The position numbers were made by a program, and so were the translations under genes. 64,000 bases of DNA from Terriglobia bacterium (GTDB taxonomy: Bacteria; Acidobacteriota; Polarisedimenticolia; Polarisedimenticolales; JAIQFR01), in assembly GCA_963748015.1 (NCBI GenBank), contig CAVVHE010000006.1, forward strand, positions 128,001 through 192,000. Reading direction: 5' to 3'. This document shows, in pieces, positions 1-12,063 of the stretch. Within the stretch, counting starts at the first letter, position 1. Every line of letters starts with the position of its first letter. Below the pieces are notes generated by a model, which saw only the letters and a program-made list of their open reading frames with translations, was not told the DNA's origin and made no database searches.

Positions 1-326
1 GCACGCTTGAGCACGAAGGCGTCGGCGCCGGCCTCCATCGCCGCCCGGCGTACGGCCTGCTCGTCGTGGACGCTGAGGACGATCACCTTGAGGTCGGGAC
101 AGCGCTGCCGGAGCGCTCGCAACCAGCCCAGGCCGCTGTCCCGGGCCAGGGAGAGATCCACGACCGCCACGTCGGGCCGGAGCCGGCCCGCCCCCTCGAG
201 CAGCGACGCCTCGTCGGCGACCATGACCACCGTTCCGAACGCCGTCTCGAGCAGCCCGCGCACGCCCTCCGTGAGGCCGTGGTGCCGGTCCGCCAGTAGA
301 ACGCAGCTCGGGAGCTTCTCGGGCAT
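1..326 (-). CDS. Response regulator receiver protein (3' end outside window)
   Basis: Hand translation from ATG 326: MPEKLPSCVLLADRHHGLTEGVRGLLE...RPDVAVVDLSL...KVIVLSVHDE...AGADAFVLKR, a typical REC pattern; not in the ORF track. Confidence 0.85.
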   Translation of the reverse strand, partial: MPEKLPSCVLLADRHHGLTEGVRGLLETAFGTVVMVADEASLLEGAGRLRPDVAVVDLSLARDSGLGWLRALRQRCPDLKVIVLSVHDEQAVRRAAMEAGADAFVLKR

Positions 327-418
327 CGATACCCTTCCTTCTCTGCGACCGTGCCCGTCGCGTTGCATGTTGCCGCCCGGCTTCGGGTGGAGCTTAGCCG
401 TGCCGAGGGGGGCATGTA

Positions 419-460
419 ACCTCGGGAAACTACGGGCTTGTTGCCGTGGAATTACGAGGT
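419..460. promoter_or_regulatory. Inverted pair of the recurrent CTCGTA-N4-TACGAG-like operator motif
   Basis: ACCTCGGGAAACTACGGG (419-436) and CCGTGGAATTACGAGGT (444-460), upstream of the receiver gene. Confidence 0.55.
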
Positions 461-542
461 TCCCGGGCCGGGGACACGGCCCCGGCAATCGCGCCTGTCG
501 ACCGAGAGGCGCGATGCCGGGCCGATACGCCTTGGATGCGCT

Positions 543-1592
543 CTAGATCTCCCCGAACTGGAGGATGACCTTGATGTCGTCGGGCCTTCTCTCCAGGGCC
601 TGCGCGAAATTCTCCGGCTTCTCGCGGCGGGTGATCAGGCGGCCCAGCCAAGCCCGGTCCGCGCGAGCCAGGATGTTCCCGGCCTTGTACCAGTGTCGCT
701 TGTTGGCGTTGACGCTACCCACGATCACGTTGTTCTTCAGCACCGCGGCCGCGGCGATGTCGGCGCAGGCTGCGGACGTGACCACGCCGCCGTGCCCGAC
801 CCCGGTCAGGCACACGATCCCGCTCGACCCGATCGCCTGGATCGAGTCGGCGATCACCTGTCCCACCCCGGTGCACTCGATGATGGCGTCCGGCTCGAAG
901 CCGATTGCTTTCACCGAGCCGGAGTGATACGTCGCACCCAGGGCGCGCACCAGGTCCGGCTTGGGGCCCGATTCCACGCGGTCGAGGACGTGGACGTCCT
1001 GGCCGAACAGCTTGGCGCCGAGGGCCGCCAGAAGGCCGATCGGGCCCGCGCCGGTCACGAGCACGGTCTTCGGCTCCCAGAAGGACCGCCGGCCGATGGT
1101 CGCGACCTGTTCGAGGGCCTTCGTGATCACGGTCGTCGGCTCGAGGAGCACGCCGAGGATGCCCAGGGTGGGGTCGACCTTGATGGCGTACTCGGGCTCG
1201 ATCCTCCAGCGCTCGGACATGTAGCCGTGGATCTCCTTGATCCCGCGCTCGGTGTACTGGCCGTTGCGGCACATGTCCCACTCGCCCACCGCGCAGTTCG
1301 GGCAGGGGACCGGATCCGGGCGGCGGACGATCCCCACGACCAGGTCGCCCTTCTTGAAGGAACAGGCCGGACCCGGATCGACGACGCGGCCGAGGGATTC
1401 GTGCCCCAGCACCAGGCGCGTCGCTCCCGGGGGCGCCCAGCCGTACTTGCCCTCGACGATCTCGACGTCGGTCCCGCAGACGCCGACGGCCACCGCCTCG
1501 ACGAGAACCTGGCCTTCATGAACCCCGGGTTCCGGAAAGGCCTCCCAACGCGCCGATCCGGGATTCCTGGGTTCCACGGTGATGGCTTTCAT
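543..1592 (-). CDS. Zn-dependent (MDR) glucose 1-dehydrogenase-like protein
   Basis: GVCGTD, GHES, CPNC-x6-C zinc ligands, GAGPIG Rossmann motif, GSVNAN motif of the glucose-DH subfamily. Confidence 0.85.
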   Translation of the reverse strand: MKAITVEPRNPGSARWEAFPEPGVHEGQVLVEAVAVGVCGTDVEIVEGKYGWAPPGATRLVLGHESLGRVVDPGPACSFKKGDLVVGIVRRPDPVPCPNCAVGEWDMCRNGQYTERGIKEIHGYMSERWRIEPEYAIKVDPTLGILGVLLEPTTVITKALEQVATIGRRSFWEPKTVLVTGAGPIGLLAALGAKLFGQDVHVLDRVESGPKPDLVRALGATYHSGSVKAIGFEPDAIIECTGVGQVIADSIQAIGSSGIVCLTGVGHGGVVTSAACADIAAAAVLKNNVIVGSVNANKRHWYKAGNILARADRAWLGRLITRREKPENFAQALERRPDDIKVILQFGEI

Positions 1593-1605
1593 ATCGCACT
1601 CGCTT

Positions 1606-3085
1606 TCACGACGCGCTCACCCGGAAGAGGTGGCACTTCCACGCCCCCATTTCGACGTACAGGCCGGCATCTCGCAGGTCGTCCCCGCTCCGGTCGTACA
1701 CCTCACTCGACAGGACATCGTCGAGGCGCCACGTCTTTCCTCTCAACTCATCCCAGGGCACGTGGACCCGGGCCTGGGCGGTTTCTCGTCCGAAATTGAC
1801 GACGATGAGAAAGCGGTCTCCGTTCTTGACCCAGCACCAGCTGACGATGTTCTGGCAGCTCTGGTTGTCGGGCCAGCCGCTCCGCTCGCAGAGGCGCCAT
1901 GTGCCCGTCCGAAAGACGCCGCGGTGGGTCGCCGTCAGCAAGCGCTCGTAGAAGGCGACCAGATCGCGATCGACCGGCTCTACCGGGCGGCGGCCCAGGA
2001 AGACCGGGAGCCTCGCCCTGAACCCTTCGAACTGCCCCTCGTGCAGCAGCCTGGCCCCGGGAAGGGTGAGGATGGCCACCGCGGCGGCCCGGCCCTTCTC
2101 CCCCGGAAACGCGACGGCGGCCCTGGGCTCGTCATGGTTCTCGATGAACCGGACCATCCCCTCCTGGTAGGAAAGGTCCGCCAGGAGGTGCAGGCGGACG
2201 TTCTCGGCAGAAGCGTGCTCCATGCGGTCGTAGAGCTTCTTGTCGTAGCAATGATCGAAGCCTTGCTGCTGCAGCTCCCACTCGAGGTCCCAGTAGGCCT
2301 CGGCGATGAACCTGAACTCCGGCCACCGCGCCTTTGTCGCCGCGATGACGGTCGTCCAGTAGTCGTCGACGGGCCTGTCTCCGGCGCGGGCGCCCCAGGT
2401 GCGCTCGAAGATGTCGTTCAGCATGAGCATGGCCATGTCGCAGCGGATGCCGTCGCACTGCCCGGCGATCTCCGAGACGGTCTCGATCACCGCCTTCCGG
2501 AGCCCCGGCTGGAAGGCGTTGAGCTGGAGCACGTCGGGCCAGGCGGGGAAGAACGGATCGCGTCCGCAGGCGAAAACGTTGCCTCCGGCCTCGAGGAAGG
2601 AAGCCGGATCTTTCTCGAGGTCGTTCCTGTCTCCCCGGACGAAGTACTCCGGGTGCTCGAATACCCAGGGGTGGTCCGGGGCGACATGGTTCGGCACGAA
2701 ATCGAGGACGAGACGGATGCCGCGCGTCGCGAGAGCGTCGCGGGCCGCGGCGAGCCCTTCCGGCCCGCCGAGATGCGCGTCGACGACGTAGCGGCGCACG
2801 CAGTACGGCGAGCCGACGTTGTCCTCCGCGCGAGAAGTCGGGGAGGGCCCTCCTGAAGTCCTCGAGGAGGCCCGCGTTGCGCATGGAGATCTCGATGCCG
2901 GCGGGGCTCCGCTCCCAGACCCCCATGAACCAGACGGCGTCGAAGCCACGGGAGGCGATGGCGTCCCACTCCTGATTCGGAACCGTGGCGAGGTCCAAGG
3001 GCTGCCGGTATTTCCGGCTCAGCTCGTCGAGCCACACCCACGTGTTGATCTCGTAGATCACGGGATTGGTCGGCCACGGTTCCAT
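1606..3085 (-). CDS. Alpha-amylase family (GH13) glycoside hydrolase, one +1 frameshift near 2830
   Basis: N-terminus ([18 protein letters not shown]) in ORF 2132..3085; LDFVPNH, GIRCDMA, FIAEAYW and IENHDEPR regions in ORF 1606..2949. Confidence 0.85.
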
Positions 3086-3103
3086 GTCGCCCTCCCGCCG
3101 GAT

Positions 3104-5863
3104 TCAGGAAACGGGCTCCCCCGTGCCCTTTCGGGCACCCTGAACGAACGCGGCCTGCTTGCCCACCTCCAGGGCGCGCTTGGCATCCAGAAGGCCGTAG
3201 AGCTCGATGAGCTTGGCCACGAGCCCCGGTCCAGCCGGTCTGGTGACTGGCGCCCAGCCCCGCGCCGTTGTCGCCGTGGAAGTACTCGTAGAAGAGGATG
3301 TGGTCGCGCCAGTGGGGATCGGTCTGGAACTTCTCGGTGCCGCCGTAGACCGGGCGCCGGCCATGCTCGTCGCGGGTGAAGGTGCTGGTGAGCCGGTCGG
3401 CGATCTCCTTGCTCACCTCGAAGAGGTTCATCATTCTTCCCGATCCCGTCGGGCACTCGATCTTGAAGTTGTCGCCGTAGTACAGGTAGAAGTTCTGCAG
3501 CGCCCGGATGATCAGCGCGTTCACCGGCATCCAGACGGGGCCCCGCCAGTTGGAGTTGCCGCCGAACATGCCGGTGTTCGACTCGGCCGGCAGGTAGTCC
3601 ACCCGGTACTCCTGGCCGTTGCACGTGGAGGACGTACGGGTTCCGCTCGTGGAACTTCGAGATCGAGCGGATGCCGTGGGGACCCAGGAACTCGTTCTCG
3701 TCGAGCATCTTCGTCAGGATCCGGCGGAGCCGCTCCGGGTTGACGCAGGGCCAGGATCCCCCGCTCGGCGACGCCGAGATGTCCCGGGCCGGTGGGGTGG
3801 ATGGTCATCCATGAGCTCGGGCATGCGGCGCAGGCGTTCGTAGATCCCGGTCATCGCCCTCGGGATGCGCTCCCGCTGCGACTTCTCGATCACCGTGGTG
3901 GCGCAGAGGGGCAGGAGCCCCACCAGGGAACGCACCTTGAGCCGCGTGGCGCTGCCGTCGGGGAGCCGCAGGATGTCGTAGTAGAAGCCGTCCTCCTCGT
4001 CCCACATGCCGTCCTGGCCGGGGCGGTTCATGGCGGCGGCGATGTAGTAGAAGTGCTCCGACGAACTTGAAGACCATGTCCTCGTAGATGGGGTCGTGGG
4101 CGGCGAGCTCGACCGCGAGCTCCAGCATGTTCTGGCTGAAGAGGGCCATCCACGCCGTGCCGTCCGCCTGCTCGAGGTGGCCGCCGGTGGGAAGCGGGGC
4201 GCTGCGGTCGAAGACGCCGATGTTGTCGAGGCCGAGGAAGCCGCCCTCGAAGACGTTCTTGCCGAAGCGGTCCTTGCGGTTGACCCACCAGGTGAAGTTC
4301 AGCAGGAGCTTGTTGAAGGTCGACTTGAGGAAATCGAGGTCCACCTCGCCGCGCAGGGCCTGCTCGGTGCGGTGCAGGAAGAGCGTCGCGAAGGCGTGGA
4401 CCGGGGGGTTCACGTCGCTGAAGTTCCACTCGTAGGCGGGCATCTGGCCGTTGGGGTGCAGGTAGGCGCCCGCGGAGCATCAGCTCCATCTGCTCCTTGG
4501 CGAAGTCGGGGTCCACGATCGAGAGCGGTAGCGTGTGGAAGGCCAGGTCCCAGGCCGCGTACCACGGGTACTCCCACTTGTCGGGCATGGAGATGATGTC
4601 CTCGTTCAGCATGTGGAACCACTCCGAGTTCCGGGCAGCTCGATATCCCGTGTGGAGCGGGTTGGAGTTGTGCTCGTCCAGCCAGTTGTCGCCGTCGAAG
4701 AAGAAGAACTGCTTGCTCCAGAGCATGCCGGCGAGGGCCTGGCGCATCACGTTGGCCGCGTCCTCGCTCACGGACGGCGGCGTGACCGACTTGTAGAACT
4801 CGTCGGCCTCGCGGAGCCTGTCGGCGAAGACGTCGTCGAACGGCTTCCCGAAGGGCTTGCCTTTCGGGCCCGCGGACGGCCTTGGAGAGCCGCAGGCGGA
4901 TCACCTTGCTCTGGCCGGCGCCGACAGGCGACGTGGTAGTGCGCCGCGACCTTGGTGCCCTTGCTGGCCTGGGTTCACCGCGCCCTGGTTGCCGTGCACC
5001 ACGCAGTCGTTGATGCCGTCCTTGACGTAGGGGCTCTCGTTCTTCTGCCCGGGAAAGAGCAGCTCGTGGTTCGTCTCGTTCTCGGTGAAGAGCAGCGGCA
5101 CGTCGCCTTCGCAGGAGAGGATGAACTCGCCGAGCAGCGGATGCGTGGCCGCAACCGCGCTCGTGCCCGCCGTGCCCTCGATCTGCTCGAGGCTCGGCTT
5201 CCGGGCGGCGCGGTTGGATTCGGCGATCCACGCCGACCAGTCGTTCCGGAACCACAGCGTCGGCAGAAGGTGCAGCTCGGCCGCGTCCGGTCCCCGGTTG
5301 GCCGCCGTGATCTTCACCAGGATGTCCTCGGCGCCGCCCTTGGCGTACTCCACGAAGACGTCGAAGTACCGGTCGTCGTCGAAGACGCCGGTGTCGAGCA
5401 GCTCGTACTCCATCTCGTTGCGAGTGCGGCGCCGGTTCGTCTCCACCAGGTCGGCGTAGGGATAAGGCGCCTGCGGGTACTTGTAGAGGTACTTCATGTA
5501 CGAGTGGGTCGGCGTGCTGTCGAGGTAGAAGTAGTACTCCTTCACGTCCTCGCCGTGGTTCCCCTCGCTGTTGGTCAATCCGAAGAGCCGCTCCTTGAGG
5601 ATCGGGTCCTTCCCGTTCCACAGGGCCAGCGCGAAGCAGAGGCGCTGCTTGTCGTCGGAGATGCCGGCCAGCCCGTCCTCGCCCCAGCGGTAGGCGCGCG
5701 AGCGGGCCTGATCGTGGGTGAAGAAATTCCAGGCGTCGCCGTTCTCGCTGTAGTCCTCGCGGACCGTTCCCCACTGGCGCTCGCTGAGGTAGGGCCCCCA
5801 TTTCTTCCAGTCGATCTTCCGCTCGCGGGCCTCTTCGAGCCTGAGCTGTTCGGCTGTCTTCAT
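3104..5863 (-). CDS. MGH1-like / GH63 glucosidase, split by nine +1 frameshifts (probable sequence errors)
   Basis: Consecutive ORF fragments give [73 protein letters not shown] and [22 protein letters not shown]. Confidence 0.85.
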
Positions 5864-6019
5864 GACCTTACTCCTCTCGTCCCGGGACGTTCGACAGCGG
5901 GCCTCTCCCGGACTCGCAATGCGGAAGGCCGAAACCTCTGCTCTGCGACCCTGCCTGGCGCGATGCGTGTCGTTGCCCGGCCTTGAAGCGATTCTAGTCG
6001 CGTTTCGGAGGGAGCTGGC

Positions 6020-6037
6020 CTAGTAAAGTTACGAGGT
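6020..6037. promoter_or_regulatory. Recurrent palindromic operator-like motif
   Basis: CTAGTAAAGTTACGAGGT about 160 bp upstream of the glucosidase start; weaker copy CCTGGGAACTACGATG at 6044. Confidence 0.55.
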
Positions 6038-6151
6038 CGTCCGCCTGGGAACTACGATGCTACCCCGGGTAGGAGGGGGAATGTGGGGTGGAGGGGCGTC
6101 ACGTTCGGGACGGGTGAAAGAGCTTGGTTCCCGGCGCGATCGGCGGGGGTC

Positions 6152-6913
6152 TTACTTGCAGCGGCCGAAGCAGGCGAACGGCGGAGAGAACAGCATGACG
6201 CCGAACTCGATTCCCGGACCGCTCGAGCCGCTGAACTCGGCGCCATAGGTAATCGCGAAGACGGCATACGGGTTCGGCTCCCAGCGCACGCCGGCCCGGT
6301 ATTGCGGGGGGGACCCCGCCTCGCCCTTCGCACCATAGATCTCCCCGACGAGCGACCATCGCGGGTTGACGGGGTACCACGCCAGGCGGGTGCAGTAGGT
6401 GAAATCCCAGGACGTTTCCTCTTCCTCTCCGTAGTTACGGGTCACACTCACGCCCGGCGTGACGTCCCAGGACAGCTTGTCGCGGAGGAACGGCACGGTC
6501 AGGGGGGTATTCACCCAGTAGGTCTGGAACGCATCGTTCGTCCTGGCGTCCACGTCCAGGTAGCCCGGGAACATGCCGGTGCCGAACTTGACCGCCATGC
6601 CGCCGGTCTTCGCCTTGTTCTCGTAGAACATGTACTTGGCATACAGCGAATTCGAGTACCCGTCGTTGGTCGTCGGGTCGTTGTCGTCGTTGTAGAAGTA
6701 CCCGGATACGGTGAACTCCCATTTGGGAAAGAGCGAAAACGTGGTCATCAACATCGAGTTTCGTTGACCCACGGTGGGGATGATCGTCACCGTGCCGTGG
6801 GGTTTGGACAGCCAGCTGTCGGAGTTGAACTGCTGGGCCTGGGCCGGAGCAAACGTCAGGGCCACCGAGAGGAACAGCGTTGCAAAGGCGATTCTCGATA
6901 CGTGGAGTCGCAT
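6152..6913 (-). CDS. Exported protein, probable outer-membrane beta-barrel
   Basis: Signal peptide MRLHVSRIAFATLFLSVALTFAPAQA; alternating aromatic-rich strands. Confidence 0.65.
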   Translation of the reverse strand: MRLHVSRIAFATLFLSVALTFAPAQAQQFNSDSWLSKPHGTVTIIPTVGQRNSMLMTTFSLFPKWEFTVSGYFYNDDNDPTTNDGYSNSLYAKYMFYENKAKTGGMAVKFGTGMFPGYLDVDARTNDAFQTYWVNTPLTVPFLRDKLSWDVTPGVSVTRNYGEEEETSWDFTYCTRLAWYPVNPRWSLVGEIYGAKGEAGSPPQYRAGVRWEPNPYAVFAITYGAEFSGSSGPGIEFGVMLFSPPFACFGRCK

Positions 6914-7038
6914 GTAGTTCCCGTCTGCAGTCACGTTGAACCGGAAGGTCCCTACCACCCTTAGCTCGACCAAGCCGGTGGTCATGGGTGCCGGCTCCTG
7001 ACGGCGAGAGAATGTTAGACGAGCCGCGGAGGCTCGTG

Positions 7039-7056
7039 ACCTCGTAAAACTACGGG
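7039..7056. promoter_or_regulatory. Recurrent palindromic operator-like motif
   Basis: ACCTCGTAAAACTACGGG about 125 bp upstream of the 6913 start. Confidence 0.6.
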
Positions 7057-7096
7057 GCTCGTCACCGGGCACTCGCGAGGCCTCCGGGCGGAAGGG

Positions 7097-7744
<648 letters not shown>

Positions 7745-7748
<4 letters not shown>

Positions 7749-9730
7749 CGCGACCCTCCTTCCACGGGGACCCAGGCGACGACCGCCGTGCCCCGGCCGG
7801 GCGCGCTCTCGACGTCGAGCGTGCCGTTCACCAGTCGCAAACGCTCGCGCATGCTCGCCAGGCCGAGGCTCCGCCCCTGTCTCGGATTTCCCGGATCGAA
7901 GCCGGCACCGTCGTCGCGGACGGCGAGGAGCAGGCCGCCGTCCATTTGCCGTAGAACCACGCTCGCGCTGCTCGCACCGGCGTGACGGATCGCGTTGTTC
8001 AGGGCCTCCTGCGCCACGCGGAACAGGCAGAGCGCCGCGTCCCTCGGGACGACCGCGGGTAGCGGGTCGAGCTCCAGCGAGAGCCGGACACCGCCGCGGC
8101 GTCCGGTCCGCTCGCATTCCGTCCTCAAAGCCTCGGCCAGGCCGAGCTCCTCGAGGACCGACGGGTGAAGCTGGTACGCCAGGGAATGGATGTCCTCGCT
8201 GAGACGCACGAGCCCCTCGCGGACCGTGCGCATCGTGTCGGCCTGCGCCCCGCCGGTCGCGGCCAGCTCGGCGCGGCCGACGTCGATCGCCAGCACGGCA
8301 AGCCGCTGCGTCACGTCGTCGTGGAGCTCGCGCGCGAGCAGCGCGCGCTCGTCCTCGTGGGCCCGGATCAGGCGCTGGGAGAGGTCGCGCAGCTCCTCCT
8401 CGGCTCGCTTGCGCTCCGTGACGTCGCGGAGGACACCGAAGGTGCGGATCGCGCGCCCGGTGGCGTCGCGCGTGCCCGCGCCCGCCAGGTGCTGGATCCA
8501 CCGCTCCCCGCGGGCCGGATGCAGGTAGCGATACTCGCAGGATAGCCGGTCCAGTCTGCCGTCGTGCAGCTGCCGGCGCAGGTCCAGCACGCGTGGGCGA
8601 TCGTCGGGATGCAGATGCTCCAACCAGAAGTCCAGGGCCTGGAGGCCGTGCTCCCGTTCCGGCGGGACGCCGCAGAGGTCGCGGAGCCTGTGGTCGACGT
8701 ACGTGACGCCCTCGCCGAAGTCCACCTCGTAGAACGCGAGGCCGGCGAGGTCGGCGCCCGCCGCCAGGCGAGCCTCGCTCGTCCGAAGCGCCTCCTCGGC
8801 ACGCCTGCGCTCGGTGATGTCGATGGAGACCCCCGTCAGCCGCTCCGGGTCGCCTTCGGGCGTGCGCTGGGGTCGTCCGCGCGAGGCGATCCACCGCACG
8901 CGGCCGTCGCGGAGCAAGATCCGGTAGTCCACGTCGATGGGGTCGCCCGCGCGCGCGGACCGCTCGATGGCTCCCCGAACGAGATCCCAGTCGCCGGGAT
9001 GGACCGATTCCTCGAAACGCTCCATGCTGACGACCTCGTCCGACGTGTACCCGAAGATCGCCCGGGCCCTCTCCGTGACCCAGAACGCGCCCGTCCGCAG
9101 GTCGAGGGTCCAGAGCCCCGCCTCGGCGGAGTCCGCCGCCAGGGCCAGGCGCTCCTCGCTCTCCTGCAAGCGCAGTTCGCGGCGCCTGCGGGCGAGGGCG
9201 TTGGTGATGACCTGCGCGACCAGTTGCAGCCTCCTCACCACCGCGTCCGGCCAATCGCGCCTCTCCCGCATGGTGTTCAGACCCAGGACGCCGACGGGTG
9301 GCTCGCCCCCCACCGTGAGGGGGAGGGTCAAGTTCGACTTGACGCCGAGAAGGCGAGCATTCTCGAGGTCCACGGCGGCCTCCGCCGGGAACTCCTCCAA
9401 CGACGAGATGGCAACCGTGCGGCCGGCCATCATCTGCCGTAGGTACCAGGGGAACTGTTCCTGGCTCAGCGGCCCGGGAGGCGGCTGACCTTGCTCCGAC
9501 ACGTGGAAGTGGGTGGGCGCGAGGGTATCGGGAGCCGCGCTCGACCATTGCCAGAGCACTGCGAAATCCAGGCCGAGGAACTGGCAGACACGACGTAGAG
9601 CATCCTCGATCTCGCGGTCCACCGCGTCGGGAGGCAGGTTGATGAAGCGAGAGGAGAGGTCGGAGATCAGCGTCTCGAACTCGAGACGGCTCTCGAGGGC
9701 GTCGGCGGAAGGGTGCGTGTGACTATCCAT
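7745..9730 (-). CDS. Cytoplasmic GAF-PAS-PAS sensor histidine kinase (HisKA_3 type)
   Basis: ARELHDDVTQRL H-box, QEALNNAIRHA, DDGAGF, GLASMRER; two VHPGD/LHPDD PAS-PAC units; no hydrophobic TM segment seen. Confidence 0.92.
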
Positions 9731-9877
9731 CAGCGGTCCGCCCAGTGACGGGAATGGGTCCACTCGGCCCCAATTGTCGCACCGAATTCCACGTTCGCCC
9801 AAGCGCCGTCGACGGGGCCCGGCGCGGCATCGCCGGCTCTGCGCTTCGCGCGGACGATGGTCGCCGAAGAGCCGCGT

Positions 9878-10567
9878 CTACACGACGGTCCCGAACAGCT
9901 TCCCGAGCAGGGCCGTGCAGCCCATGGCGACCGCTCCCCAGAACGCGACGCGAAGGGCGCCCCGCAACGGCGGGGCGGCGCCGAGCCGGGCCGCCAGCCA
10001 ACCGAGGGCGAGGAGCAGGAGGAGCGAGCTTCCCGCGACGACGCGGGTCAGGAGCGGGACCGGGACGAGCAGGACCAGAAACAGCGGGAGCGCGGCGCCA
10101 ACGGCGAACGCCGCCGCGGACGCCAACGCCGCCTGGACCGGGCGGGCCCGGGTAGTTTCCGACATCCCGAGCTCGTCTCGCGCGTGCGCGGCCAGGGCAT
10201 CGTGAGCCGACATCTGGTCGACGACCTGGGCCGCGAGGTCGGGGGTGAGGCCGCGAGCGACGTAGATCGCCACGAGCTCGGCCCGCTCGGCCTCCGGGGC
10301 GGTGGCCAGCTCGCGGCGTTCCCGGGCGAGATCGGCTTCCTCGGTGTCCGCCTGGGAGCTCACCGAGACGTACTCCCCGGCGGCCATGGAGAGCGCGCCC
10401 GCGACGAGGCCGGCGGAGGCGGCCAGGAGGACCGGGCCGCGTGTCGCCTGGGCCGCCGCGACGCCGACCACCAGGCTGCTCGTCGAGATGAGGCCGTCAT
10501 TGGCTCCCAGGACGGCGGCGCGCAGCCAGCCGATGTGCTCGGTGCGGTGAAGCTCGACGTGTCGCAT
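9878..10567 (-). CDS. VIT1/CCC1 family Fe/Mn transporter
   Basis: GWLRAAVLGANDG, AGALSMAAGEYVSVSSQ, AHARDELG motifs. Confidence 0.93.
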   Translation of the reverse strand: MRHVELHRTEHIGWLRAAVLGANDGLISTSSLVVGVAAAQATRGPVLLAASAGLVAGALSMAAGEYVSVSSQADTEEADLARERRELATAPEAERAELVAIYVARGLTPDLAAQVVDQMSAHDALAAHARDELGMSETTRARPVQAALASAAAFAVGAALPLFLVLLVPVPLLTRVVAGSSLLLLLALGWLAARLGAAPPLRGALRVAFWGAVAMGCTALLGKLFGTVV

Positions 10568-10665
10568 CGGCTCCAGTCTAATCGAATCAACCGCGCCGGT
10601 TGCCCCTTTATAATGACCCCGATCGCGGGACGACCCGAAACATGGCGAGAGCAAGGAGAAGACCG

Positions 10666-10794
10666 ATGCGCAAGATAATCGCGGTTTCGATGATGGCGGG
10701 AGCGGTGTTTCTGGGAAGCGGACAGGTTCCGGCGGCGGAGACGCCGGCCATGGAGACGCTCACCGACGGCCTCAAGAAGGCCTGCAACAAGTAG
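10666..10794 (+). pseudogene. Truncated exported protein (42 aa), possibly the start of a cysteine-rich-repeat protein
   Basis: AAGGAG RBS, ATG, signal peptide MRKIIAVSMMAGAVFLGSGQVPA, then stop right after GLKKACNK. Confidence 0.45.
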
Positions 10795-10830
10795 CACGCG
10801 GGGAGGTCGGTGGGGAGGGGGAGGGGCGCC

Positions 10831-11847
10831 ATGCAGCTAGGGATGATCGGACTTGGACGGATGGGGGCGAACATGGTCCGCCGGCTGATCGGCGGCGGCC
10901 ACGAATGCGTCGTGTTCGACATGTCGCCGAAGGCGGTCGCGGAGCTCGCGAAAGACCAGGCGGTCGGCGCGTCTTCGATGGCGGATTTCGTGGCGAAGCT
11001 CTCGAAGCCCCGCGCGATCTGGCTCATGGTTCCGGCGGCCGTCGTGGACAAGGCGATCGCCGACCTCCTCCCTCTCCTCGCGAAGGGGGACGTCCTGATC
11101 GACGGCGGCAACTCGTATTACGTGGACGACATCCGGCGGGCGAAGGAGCTGGCCGCGAAGGGGATCCACTACGTGGACGTCGGCACGAGCGGCGGCGTCT
11201 GGGGGCTCGAGCGGGGCTACTGCATGATGATCGGCGGCGAGGAGGCCATCGTGAAGCGCCTCGACCCGATCTTGAAGCGCCTCGCCCCCGGGCGCGGCGA
11301 CGTGCCGCGGACGCCCGGGCGCGGGAACGCCGGCGGCACTTCCGAGGAGGGGTACCTCCATTGCGGTCCGAACGGCGCGGGCCACTTCGTCAAGATGGTC
11401 CACAACGGCATCGAGTACGGCCTCATGGCGGCCTACGCCGAGGGGCTGAACATCCTGAAGCACGCCAACGTGGGCAAGAACGGGCGCGAGGTGGACGCCG
11501 AGACGACGCCGCTCCGCAACCCCGAGCACTACCAGTACGACCTGAATATCCCCGAGATCGCGGAGGTCTGGCGGCGCGGGAGCGTCGTCGCCTCGTGGCT
11601 GCTCGATCTGACGGCGAGCGCTCTCATCGAGTCCCCGGACCTGGGGGAGTTCTCGGGGCGCGTGTCGGATTCGGGAGAGGGACGCTGGACCATCCTGGCG
11701 GCGATCGACGAGGGGGTGCCGGCCGAGGTCCTCACGGCCTCCCTCTACGAGCGGTTCTCGTCGCGCGGAGAGGCGGAGTTCCAGAACAAGCTGCTGTCCG
11801 CGATGCGATTCCAGTTCGGCGGGCATCACGAGAAGCCCGCGAGGTGA
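10831..11847 (+). CDS. gnd: Decarboxylating 6-phosphogluconate dehydrogenase (short form)
   Basis: [45 protein letters not shown]. Confidence 0.96.
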   Translation: MQLGMIGLGRMGANMVRRLIGGGHECVVFDMSPKAVAELAKDQAVGASSMADFVAKLSKPRAIWLMVPAAVVDKAIADLLPLLAKGDVLIDGGNSYYVDDIRRAKELAAKGIHYVDVGTSGGVWGLERGYCMMIGGEEAIVKRLDPILKRLAPGRGDVPRTPGRGNAGGTSEEGYLHCGPNGAGHFVKMVHNGIEYGLMAAYAEGLNILKHANVGKNGREVDAETTPLRNPEHYQYDLNIPEIAEVWRRGSVVASWLLDLTASALIESPDLGEFSGRVSDSGEGRWTILAAIDEGVPAEVLTASLYERFSSRGEAEFQNKLLSAMRFQFGGHHEKPAR

Positions 11848-11857
11848 GGAGAACGCG

Positions 11858-12054
11858 ATGATCCCGCCCCGGTCATCGGCGTGGCCAAGGCAGACCGGAA
11901 TCTCGACCGGCTGAAAGCCCGGGTGAAGGAACTGGGGGGGGCGCAAAGAGGCCGGAACCCCGTCTTCCCTCACGAACCGCAATACTCGGGACGAACGGAA
12001 GTCGAGCGCGTCACGCCCCCCGACGGGTGGCATGACCCGGTCATGAATCGATAG
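11858..12054 (+). pseudogene. zwf: Internally deleted glucose-6-phosphate dehydrogenase relic
   Basis: RBS+ATG at 11858, then frame 11869-12054 reads PVIGVAKADRNLDRLKARVKELGGAQR...PVFPHEP...EVERVTPPDGWHDPV*, resembling joined N- and C-terminal G6PD pieces, located between gnd and pgl. Confidence 0.65.
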
Positions 12055-12063
12055 GGAGGTGTT

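Noticed and set aside
3104..5863. Glucosidase as a true pseudogene or programmed-frameshift gene
   Set aside because: All shifts are +1 at unrelated sequence contexts with intact motifs; sequencing error is more parsimonious
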